Assembly: GCA_036172245.1 (NCBI GenBank)
Contig: JAYWIR010000014.1
Span: 930,001-994,000 of the forward strand
DNA length: 64,000 nucleotides
From: Raillietiella orientalis
Taxonomy: Eukaryota
Direction of reading: 5' to 3'
The notes beneath the pieces are model-generated. The model was not told the DNA's origin. It made no database searches and was given only the letters and a program-made list of their open reading frames with translations. A program made the translations under genes and the position numbers. Shown piece after piece: positions 14,901-25,300 of this stretch. The first letter of the stretch is position 1. Every line of letters starts with the position of its first letter.

Positions 14901-17900
14901 ATTTCATTTGCGGAGGAAGGAAGAAAAACCGCATAATTAAAAGCAGCAGACTCAACAGTGATAAAAGATGCTACTTGTGAGTGAGAATGTAACTGTTTAT
15001 CAATGGAAAGCATTACGTTTTAAATTGCGAAGTGGAGTGAAACAAACATTCACACAGGCTCGCAAATATGTCCACCCAATTTATTAAATTTCGAATCTCA
15101 AGGAGGCACTTATGTTCTCAATGATGTTGGCAATTTCTTGAAAGATGTGCACTTTAAAATAGCAAATTTAATTAGGTGATTGACAGCTGGAACAAGCAAA
15201 GTAAAATAAGTGGAAATGCAGCACGAAGAACTCTCAATAGTAAAGCAGTGATCAGATTAATCCTTCACTTTACGAAAACTTCAGAAAAATAACTCCTAGA
15301 ATCAGCCTCCAATGAGTCCTCAAAACTACAGAATCGAAATAAAGATACGCATTTTGCACTGTTAGAAATGGCAACTTTGTTGATAAGAGTAGCAGTTTAT
15401 GAAAGCATCCGCTCAGTCAAATGTTGTTACTACCCGTTGAAGGAATACCTTCTCAGAAAGCCCACAAATCTTCAGCAAATGGCGTTTCTGCGTCTAAACT
15501 GGAATAAGTCTAAAATTCATGTCAATGTCGTGTTGGCAAAAGCTCATTTTCCATTTCTGTCAGTGAAGTGTTACAGGAGAAAATATTTCTCGAATTAAAC
15601 ATTAAATGAATCAAGTATTCTTTAGTCACTGATATAACTTATGAAGCTTATATTACAAACAAAAAGCTAAAATCATTGAATAAAATCGAAGTTGCATTGA
15701 GGACTGACGAAGGAGATTCTTTATTTTGGTTTGCTAGAATAACTATAAAGATCATTTTCATTATTCTACTCTATCGAAACTATCCTTCTAAAGAATTAAG
15801 ATTTCTTTAATGACGAAGACGAACTCATTTGATGGGAAAATTTCTCAAGATATGAAAATCAGAATCCAAGAGGGTAATCGCAATAACACGAGGGTATCTC
15901 ATAGAACGTAGAAAGAAACTGAGCTATGAGATAACATAACTTGGTCAAAGTGACAGTCATTATAAAAGACAACCAGATGACATGACCGATCGCATCTTTC
16001 TTCATTTGCAAAGAGGGAAACTGAGAATGCATTATTGTTCCTCGGAGAGAAGATGGAAATTAACAAATGCATAGGTAGTTTATCGAGTAATCGATGAGAA
16101 CTGGTTGCTCACAATAAACTAAAGCTACCTAAAGTTAATCAGTTTACCTAGGAATCAAACCATAGAGATGGTAATCACATATTACAGCAAGAATTCATTT
16201 TTTATAATTCTAAGCAGAAACGAAAAGATTATAACAACTTTTAAGAAAGCATAATGGATTTGTAGACATATAGAAATGGTTAATCTCAATACTGTGGACT
16301 GTGGAGTGAATTCCTTTAGTTTCTTCACGAGGAGAAAGTTGACCATTATACATGTCTATCAAGCGTTAAATGTACCTGACTGCTTATCTCAAGCACAAAG
16401 TATCAAACAAGAAACTCAAATTTTATTACATCGGGTACGAGAGCATTCGTAAGTAATACATTAATGAGGATGATCCTCAAAACGGAGTATTAGCCAGAAA
16501 ATCCCAAGAATATTGATATCCCGAATTAACACAACCGTTTCTTCTTAAAAGCAACCCATTTGAAGAATGGAAAGAAAAAAAAAAAAAGATAATGAATCCC
16601 TTAAAACATTTGAAACTAATCCCATAACCGAGACAACACTTTTAATTAGAAGATCAAATCTTGATCATGTCTGAAATGTATAATGCAAAATAAAAATTGT
16701 ACACAAGAAAAGCTTGCAAAGAATGCCAATTCAGGCGATAAATAACAAGAGACAGAGGGATTCTGTATGAAGTCATCAGAATGTGAATTCGATATTTCTC
16801 GAAGCGGTAAGCTACGAACAGGACAGAAATCTCGAAAGAAAAATTCTGTTCATGCAACAAGGGAGGTACGTTTCCTCGGAACGGGAAGTCATTCGACTGC
16901 TGCAAATTCATAGTGCTAAAGCTAATCTTCGATTTCAGAGCTACATATAAACTTGAAGAATTCTTCACCTGTTTATAAGCGTGAATGCACCATTGAGGAT
17001 CGTATTCATAATTTCTGGGATTTCATCATTAGTAATGAGGTTGATGAACATGATAGTTACTTGTCTCATCTCAGAAAGATACTGCATTGACTGCTCGTCG
17101 TCCAACTACGTGGAAACAATTATTTGTCTATGTCCTATTCATTCGACAAGAAACTGTTCAATTAGATATCTCGATTTAAGACAGGAACACTTTTACATAG
17201 TTGTTTTTTCAAAAAAAAGTAACTTTGCTTTAGAATCAAAGTCATAGAGTTGCGAATGTCGTTGAAGTCTAAATGACTTCTAAAAATGAAAATGACAACC
17301 TTTTTCATTACAGGACGAATGATGTATTGCCTCATGTACTCTTCCATATCAGAAGTAATTTGTGACAATATTGGTCTATCTGAAATACATAGAAAGGAGA
17401 TGGCACTCTGAAGGAACTGAATAATTTACGAACAATTAAATATGTTTTCCACTTTTTTCTCACTAGGAAGTTGGATCGAATAATTATCTTTGTTTTCTGA
17501 TCTGAAGTTCTCAATCTGCAAAACAAATCTCATTTGTTTAAAAGTCAGAAATCATGTAATTACCAAAACATGTCTTTTTTCTATGAGGCGAAAGATGAAA
17601 AAATGACTAGAAGATTTAATAACTTCCCATGCTTCCGGAGACAGGATAATTTCGCGTTTTTTACATAAGTTTTCTGCCCTATTCACAGTGCTAATGGCGT
17701 CTCCTGCATCCACATAATGGTGAAAGGTTTCATCACCGCAGAAGTATACAGTCATAGGTCCAACAGAGATTCCAATCTTGACTAAAACGCAGGTAACAGT
17801 AGAAGTTATTTCTTAAAATCTTTGTCGGATGTTGATTTCATTTGACTAGGTGAGAATTACTTTAGCTGTATAAACAAAATTCATATTTCGGGGGATAAAA

Positions 17901-20290
17901 ACATTTCTTAAGCATCTCTACATAACAAAAATGTTTTCTATGGACTCGAAGCATTACTTTTCCATTACTTCATTATTTCATCCCATACATGTTAGAATTG
18001 TAAAGGTCCGATACTCTACACTACGAATCACGACTTTCAGTAATGTGGAATGTTAAGAGAATTGATTCATCGCCAAAAGCTGATACAATAATGGAGAAAA
18101 GTTCTGGAACCGATCCTCTGGCAACTGAGCAACAAGTGAGATTCACTGCACAATGATACATATTTTTTACATTTGAAAGTTAAAAGGAAAATGAAAACAC
18201 CACTTTTGATTTCACTTGTACAATAGTTATTTCTCATTAGCTGTGTGCTATAGCACATATATGTGACGAGAAAAAAATCATTCTTAGTGCTGAAGTGTCC
18301 AAGCAATGATGAGAACATCGTAGTTTTCTAACTCAAGGAGCTTTACGATGATAATGTAAGTATAGCATCAGACTAATCCTTATAGTGAGTTTAGGAACGA
18401 TCTTATACTCTGCCATGGCAACAAAGAAATATTTCGGCACACGACTTCATCTGTACTTGCAAACCAGAGAGAAAAACATCTTTAAATAAGATGCCAAAAC
18501 AATCTTGGAGAATTGAGAAAATTACTACCTGATTAACGAAATCCGCTAAACTTCGAATGAAAGGTTTCAATGTAAGTCTCCACAACTGCAAATTGTTTTT
18601 TGCCTCAAGCAGAAATATCCCTTTTAATTCGAAAGACTGCTCAATGAGAAAATCATAACAATCTAAAGCTGTTACAAGCGATCCTGTTAAAAGAAAACAA
18701 ACACCATCTGCCGTCTTCAAAACTTCTCTAAATGGGGATTCTCTGACGATGCATAAATTTTAAAGAATGAAAAAAAAGTGATGTATTTATGAAATCAAAA
18801 ATAAAAAGGTTTGGCGTAAACCCAATAGACAACACATATGATGAGAATGTGATCGTGAGATAGGTATGCACTAGGCGAAATAAGACAACAGTAGTTTCCA
18901 AAAAACCTTTACGATCTTGATATTAATATTAAACTTGGTATTTAAATCAAGTTTAATACTGATACAATACTAGATCGTGTCGTGTTGGCATGAGATTTTT
19001 ATTAGATTCATTCGATATTTTCTTGTCTTGATAATTATATCAAAGCTCAGTTTCCAAAAGAAAACTTCTGATATGGTTATGAAACTTATCTCTAACTGCA
19101 AATCCCAAACTGCTGTACATTATTAGAGAGAACTAACTTTGCTGGTCACATGAAATTAATAGATGGTCCCAAATTAAATGGATAAAAGAAAACTGAGGAA
19201 AACTGGAATGAAACATTGGAATGAAACTGATAGGAAGAAACAGTAATTTGATTTGAGAAAACCAAACTCCCTCAAGCAGAGTGGCGTGTTACAGAAAAAT
19301 GGAAAAGCTTACATATTAAACACAATAAACTGAAAGTCTGCAAAAGGTATGTGACGAATGCCTTGACATGATCACAAAAAGTTCAATTCGTGAAACTGAT
19401 GAGTCCTTTCCTCAATACAATCAGTGTGTGTTTTTCATTCAGAAAAGTTCGCAGAGAAATCCCAAACAGTAGTTGTGAAAGACTAGAAACTTTGGAACAA
19501 TCTAAAAGCGAGGAAATAATATACTCCATCTTTTGTGGTTACCGAGTGTCTCTGTAAAACAGGAGACACTTCGTTATCAGCTGGAATTTTGTTCGCTTAT
19601 CCTTATTTGTTTCAACTATTCGAAAATAATGCAGCTTTGTTTGAGATGCAGGTATACATACATAAACATAAGAAACGTATGTGCTGTATCGAATAAAACT
19701 ACATATTGCCTTAGTAATCTACATATAATCACCATCTAATTCATATCCTTCAAGATCAGTTTTTTGACTCGAATACTTTTTTTGAATAAACAAGGCGCAT
19801 GAGATTACATTCATTAATATTCTTTTGATGTCTTCTTGTTTATCCTTTCCTCTTGCCTTGGATTCCCAAATGGCTAAGAAGGCATCTCCTTAAAGAATAG
19901 TGATATAGTTCTTAAAGCACTTCATAACTCAGTACCTGCAAACTTGAATACATCACCTCTGTAGATGAGAACTTCCTGAATAATTCCACCTAAGTATGAA
20001 TTCAGAATTCTGGCCAAACTATCGGCTCCAGTAGAACAGTTTAATTCGTATTTTTCGCACAAACGTGTGAATCCTTTTTTTAAAGAAAAAGAAAACGCAT
20101 ACACACGTACACATAGAGGAAAGAAAGTACCTGATATATCTGCAAACATGATGACTGCATCTAATTTGCGGATATGGGAAATTCCTATTTTACTGTCGGA
20201 GAGCACAAGATCAGGTACGTGTGCCGCAATTTGGATGAACAAATTTTTCCCTCTATTATGAGATCCGTAAGCCGTCTGTTCCGATTTCAT
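3432..20290 (-). CDS. ADCY10: Soluble adenylyl cyclase (ADCY10/sAC-like): two class III cyclase domains plus a P-loop NTPase region; 3'-incomplete
   Basis: Phase-consistent exons: 20131-20290, 19936-20073, 19733-19888, 17564-17781, 17464 (or 17434)-17515, 17300-17379, 16969-17105, 11394-11590, 10058-10289, 9511-10006, 8900-9174, 8627-8858, 5506-5611, 5318-5461, 3432-3647. C1 motifs: IAAHVPDLV, VIMFADISGFT, GDVFKFAGDAFLAIW, VKIGISVG. C2 motifs: YLSEMRQVTIMFINL, KVFTFDKGFTFLIIFGLPG, VSIGITSG, EYTVIGRSVNKAARLM. Walker A EGDSGIGKT, Walker B IFTVDDAHFLD, then KSASVLGECFSREML and ELMENNIFEC. The downstream exons expected for a full-length sAC were not found in 1-3400. Confidence 0.93.
11908..11958. 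repeat. Compound microsatellite (TA)n(TG)n
   Basis: Directly visible, in an sAC intron. Confidence 0.97.
13771..14066 (+). repeat. 44-bp direct repeat pair (13771-13814 and 14023-14066)
   Basis: GAAAAAGCACTGCTCTAGAAGTTGCA(CCG/TCA)CTGGAGAAAATCTGA, two mismatches. Confidence 0.9.
15400..16550 (+). mobile_element. Possible heavily decayed LINE reverse transcriptase remnant in sAC intron 7
   Basis: Broken-frame traces at about 15640-15725 read SLYYKQKAKI...GL..GDSL, resembling the non-LTR RT 'LY....a.v...GvrQGd.L' segment. No intact ORF; extent is a guess. Confidence 0.3.
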
Positions 20291-22667
20291 ACGTTAATGA
20301 AAAAGCAGGTAAACGTTCAACTCTTGCACGCTTTACGTAAACTGGTGATGAAACATGAAACGAAAAAAAATCCGTTACTGATGTTACCGAAAATGTTTAT
20401 TCATGATTAAAATCTCCGAGAATAGTATGAATCAGTGTTCCGACTGTGGATCTCACTGACTTTTCAAATGTACATAAAAGGCCTATCGTCTCAATTATGT
20501 TCACTTAAACTAGTATTGCTAAATGCAGTTATATCCACTTTAGATTCTCATTATTGCTTATTCTATTTCCTGTTAATAGATGCTCATCACAAAGCTCTGA
20601 TAAAGCTTTGCATGAAATGATGACTCGTCCACGCACCTGGTTCGTCTTGCTGCCTAGTTTTTCAATCAGTAATATTTACATGCGTAAAAAAAAAAAACAG
20701 AGGTTGATGTAAATACGTTTTTGGTATATCAGCTGCGCAGCACCGGTGAAACATGACTTCGGCTACAGGAGCCATCAATCAAGCAATAGATGATTCTTTG
20801 AAAATCTGTGCAGATGATTAGAGTGCTACAAAAAAAATACCGTGAACCTAAGTCGGTGTGGACACACACTCATGGATCATGATGACCGTTTTCAAATAAT
20901 GTACGCAACGTTATAATTAATGGAATTACGGAATAAAACAGAAACAGATACACTCGTTGCATCGTGCATAGATACAACCTTCCAAAGATAATTTGCAAAT
21001 GGATTCAAATACTGTATTTTATAAACAAGGTTTCTCATCACTCTCATGGAACTTTGAACCGTTCCGTGCGCAGGTACTTATTAGAATACATGCTGAACCA
21101 TTTTGCACCATCAACATCCTTACGATTACAAGCTGTTCAAAGAGATGAGATCTTCCAACTTGACAGCGATGAATGTGGAATTTCAACGCCGTAATCATGA
21201 AACTGTGAATTTGATTTTTCGGAATTTGCCTGCGCATGTATTTTGGGAGCACCGTATCCAAAGTTCTTACCTTGTCTACATCCAGTTCCATCTTCTTGCA
21301 AAACAAATTTAATGCATTACGAATACCCATTGTCATAACACTCGTGTTTTGTGATCCAATGTCGTGTGTCTGGTGTTTGGCCACAAACAGCTCCTGAAAG
21401 AACGACTGAATTTCATAATTTAACAATGATGTTTTCGCTTCATGCGTTTATCTTGCTAGCGTTAATCGTCTAACGCGAAATCATTTGCAAATTAAAGCGA
21501 CGTGATTGTTGGTTTCCATCATTGCACCATACACATTCGTTTCCGCGAAAGAAACTCAGTGAATAAAAAAATCGCTCGCTTTGGAGCTTCAAACTGTGAC
21601 TTTTGTTTCCTAAAGAAACGGGGCTTTCTTCGGACCGAAATGATCAAAGAAAGACATACGGAAACTTTAACGGAAAGGATTTTCACACAGGAGTAGAGCA
21701 TGTAAAAATGCATGCTTTCGTTTCTCTTGTTTCTGTAGCAAGAGTAACTGTCCAGAAACATCCGTGAACGCATCGATTTTTTGCATCCTCAAAAGAATGT
21801 TGCTTCGATAATTTGGCATTTGTTTCGATGGAAATAAATTGAAAAACATTCAGCTGACTACAAGAGGGAGAGGAGGATTCAAATCCCAGGTAGCTCCAGT
21901 TTTGCAGGTCGCTTTTAAAGAATCAGGCACAATCGTTCTAGAATCTTGAATAGTACGAAAGTAGTGCATCAAAGCATTGGGAAACAGAGCAAAGCATGAC
22001 TTCAAGTTCAGATTTGAATATTTGCCTCACATCATTGATAGGCTTTATAAGTTTGTATGCAGTTGATGATAGGGTCGTATTTGTTAATCAAGATCAGCAA
22101 CTCCTTGTTATATGAAATGTGACTTGTTCTGAGCCCCTTTTCGTAGTCCACCACATTCACCTCACCACGTATAGGGCCAAGATCTTGCAGGAAAAAGAAA
22201 AGCATTTTGGAAGGTCTTCGGGGGTATCTTCCGCAACGAAAGGTGCCCACCGTCTTCCAGCAACAGACGTGAGATGGATTCATCCTAACTCTCCATTTGG
22301 CACAGCATTGAGGACGCGCTCTCGAACCCGTCGCGCGATGACTGCTCTGGCTACACGGAGGTCCCCGAACACGAAGACTCGTGTGCTGCAGTCTGAGGAG
22401 CGAAACAAGGGAATCGTGAGGCGCCCAGTTTGTCGGCGGAGGTGACTCATCAGATCCGCTGGCCAGTTCAGCTCCCGCCCAGAGAAGGTCGGTTGTCGCA
22501 CTGCAATGATGGCAGCTCATCTGTTGCCCTGCTGCCCTGCCGACTGCCGCTCCTCTCTCAGAAGACTTCCAGCTCTGCGGCCGTTGTCATCCGGTCACGA
22601 GGTTTATTAAATAAACCCGCAACATTAATGGTACAAGGCCCCACAACGGCCAATACAGCAATGGACC

Positions 22668-23441
22668 GCCGCCACGCCTCGCCACATCCCGAAGGGACTC
22701 CTTCGGTGGAGTGAACACTTGAGTGTGCCCCCCGAAGAACTTGTGGTCCCTCCCTCCTGTTTGAACACTTCCGTGTTCCCCCTTTCGTGGAAGCAGGACT
22801 TCATCATGCTGGTGCATTGGGGTTTTCACTCCAACCAGCGGACGAACCGTGTTTCCGGGGGAGCTGTCTCCCCAAACTGTAAGCGGTGCGGGGAAGTGGA
22901 AACGCTCCTGCACCTGCTCCTGGACTGCGGTGCCCTCCTAGGATTTTGGCGGAGGCTGGCCTCAGCTCTCCTGCACCAGGGGGACACCGCGAGAGACTTG
23001 ATGCGCCGCTTCTTCACGCCAGGCGGCCTGTCTTTAGGTGCTGTCGTTGCAACCGTGTTGCACCCGCGCCATCGACAAGGCCCACCGAGAGTTGGAGAAG
23101 CTGGCCATCCTTCGTCAGCCCACCGGATCAGCCAGAGCGAGCATGTCGTCGGCTGCCGAGTGGGCCCACCTACCAGAGAGCGTGAGGAGATCGCCGGCAT
23201 CCATCGCCGGTTCTGAAAGGAAGGAACGGCCGAACCAAAGACCCCTGTCCCCTGCCCTCCATATTTTTATTTATATTTTTTATAGTAGTGTATTTGTGGT
23301 ACCCTCCCTCCCGTTCCGGACTTTCGGCATACCGACCTGCGTGTCGGGGATCCCACCCCCTTCGTCTCTTGTTTTTCCTTTGTCCAGGAACTCTGTTCCC
23401 GGGTAGTTTTTAATAAACGCCCCGGCGCACCCGGGTGATAA
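22668..23441 (+). mobile_element. 5'-truncated L1/Tx1-type non-LTR retrotransposon (element B): zinc knuckle and 3' UTR
   Basis: VHWGFHSNQR...PNCKRCGEVETLLHLLLDC (ORF 22719-23216), clearly homologous to element A. AATAAA at 23412. Flanked on both sides by ACAGCAATGGACC (22655-22667 and 23442-23454). Confidence 0.85.
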
Positions 23442-23454
23442 ACAGCAATGGACC

Positions 23455-23597
23455 TGTTCCTCTCCCTCCCGTTCCGGACTTTCGGTTTACCGACCCGCGT
23501 GTCGGGGATCCCTCCATTCGTTTTTCTGTGTCCTTTGTCCGGGAATCCTGTTCCCGGATAGTTTAGTAATAAACGTCCCGGTGCACCCGGGTGGGAA
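23455..23597 (+). mobile_element. 3'-UTR-only copy of the same non-LTR family (element C)
   Basis: Diverged direct repeat of about 23300-23441 (GTTCCGGACTTTCGG...GTGTCGGGGATCCC...AATAAAC...GCACCCGGGTG), flanked by ACAGCAATGGACC at 23442-23454 and 23598-23610. Confidence 0.75.
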
Positions 23598-23610
23598 ACA
23601 GCAATGGACC

Positions 23611-25300
23611 TGCCTGTTCGCCGATACGCAGACCAGCGGGTTCACCTTGGCAACGAAGGAGGATGGCAGAAAGAAAAATAAAAATAAGGAAGGAAGAATA
23701 AATAAAAATAAATTACAACATGTTGGAGTTCGCTGGAGGGAGTCCGCATCCTTTCCAGGATGCCAGCTAGGTCTGTTCGCAGGGGTCCCAGGTGGGGCTA
23801 TCCGACCGCTATTCACAGGAAGCGAGTTGCAAGTTCGATGGCATTCCTCTCGTTCCTTTCTCCGTGGGCTTTGCTCCAAGCCGCCACAATCCCGCAGATG
23901 CAGCAGAGTGCTGGTAGGGCTGCGGCTGGTTGCAGGGCGTCCCGCACAAAAAGGAGTCGTATTACGTCCCTGGGGGGAGGGGAGGAGGAGGGGGGTGCCA
24001 AGAGGATCGTTCCGAAACGTTCCCACAGGGACCGTAGTGCAACACAGTCCAATAGCAGATGCGGAAGGGATTCGCGATCCCCGCATCTGCGACATTCGGG
24101 GTTCACCCTCCCCAGCGTCCAATGGTGTCGGCGCACATTGCAGGGGAAACCCCAGTGCAACAACAGAACGACCAACTCCTGCCTCTTAAGGGAGAGGGTG
24201 CTTCTGTCTTTCAGCACTGGGGGCCACTCCAGGTTTTTGGATGGAACCTTGAGGATCTCGCCCCAGAGCTGTAGTCTTTGTGGAGGGACACTCGGGGTCG
24301 CGACGTCTGCCAGCTGTCCTGTGGTCCAGACACTTATCGGTTTCTTCTTGCTTGCAATTTCGCAGGAAACTTCCCACCGCGGCCTCTGGCTGCTGCCAGG
24401 TGCCCTCCTCAGATAGGGCATCGTTGCAACGACGGGGGTCGTCTCCGCTTACGTGCTCCTGCTGGGACACTCCAGGATCTTACGGAGTGAGCAGCGGGCG
24501 TGGGTGCCGACTCGCAGGCAGTTCCGCGTTTCTGATGCTTGTGCATTCAACTTGGCCCACGTACCAATTGACTCCTCCAGCCAGGCGCTGGAGTTGGCGG
24601 GTCCATTTAGCCGTTGTCCTTCGCCAGGGTGGCCGTGCGTCCGAGCAGCAGACAGCATCTTCTCACCTTTCGGCCGCGGCACAAAAGGTACGACGCGAGA
24701 CCTTCCGTCGGGAAGACACGGCGGGCGAGGAATCGTGCCGGAATGCACCAGGGGATGTTCCACATCTTCACTGCGATGGCCATGGTTCGCAATCGCAAAC
24801 TGAATTTCCATTTCCGCTCCAACGTCACGAGGCCGAGACCGCCGTCCCGGCGCTGAGGGCTCAAGTCCATCAGCGGGACTCGAACCTCCCGGTGTCCTAA
24901 AGGGCGATGCGTAGGAGGCCTTCATCCGCTTTTTTACTTCTCTGGGACGGGACAAGCAGCGCTGCGGCCGGGGGTGTGGCGGATACGCGGAGCCACTTCT
25001 CCGCGTGCACTAGCGTTACCTCCTCCAAAACGGCCTTCCCTAGATGATGCGCAACTTCGGGGCTTGCCCTCCCGGGTGCGGACTTAGAAGACACCAGAGC
25101 TGGTGCCACAATCGGTCAAGTTTCGAGACCAGTTCTCGGAACTGCAGCTGCAGCTCCATCCTTCCATAAGGTCGAGTCCAGCCCTGAGCCCCGAGGTGAG
25201 GCAGCAACGTACTTTAAATGGACTCTGTATCCTAATGTGGTTGAGCCACGGACGAGGGAGAACAAACGAGAAACACGGCCGAAGGAGATGAAAATCCGAC
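23611..25300 (-). mobile_element. 5'-truncated, frameshifted L1/Tx1-type non-LTR retrotransposon (element A): end of RT, zinc knuckle and 3' UTR
   Basis: Post-RT motif RRDGGLGL (ORF 24607-24870) and C-terminal CCHC knuckle LHWGFPCNVR...PECRRCGDRESLPHLLLDC (ORF 23813-24421), then a T-rich 3' UTR at about 23630-23720. The left part of the UTR probably resumes at 22585-22667. The 5' boundary is approximate. Confidence 0.85.

Noticed and set aside
21860..21915. tRNA-like sequence on the minus strand (GATTTGAATCC, CTGCAAA)
   Set aside because: No convincing cloverleaf, D-arm or acceptor stem.
22655..22667. 13-mer as a U1 snRNA fragment (reverse complement resembles TCCATTGCAC)
   Set aside because: The match breaks after CCATTGC and no other U1 sequence is nearby.
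23370..23455. HDV-like ribozyme (GTCCA...TGGAC as P2, GGA/TCC as P3)
   Set aside because: The L3 loop and P1/P1.1 pairings do not fit the consensus, and TGGAC is better explained as part of the repeated 13-bp flank.
23300..23610. CRISPR-like repeat-spacer array
   Set aside because: Eukaryotic context, only three short repeats with very unequal spacing, and no cas genes.
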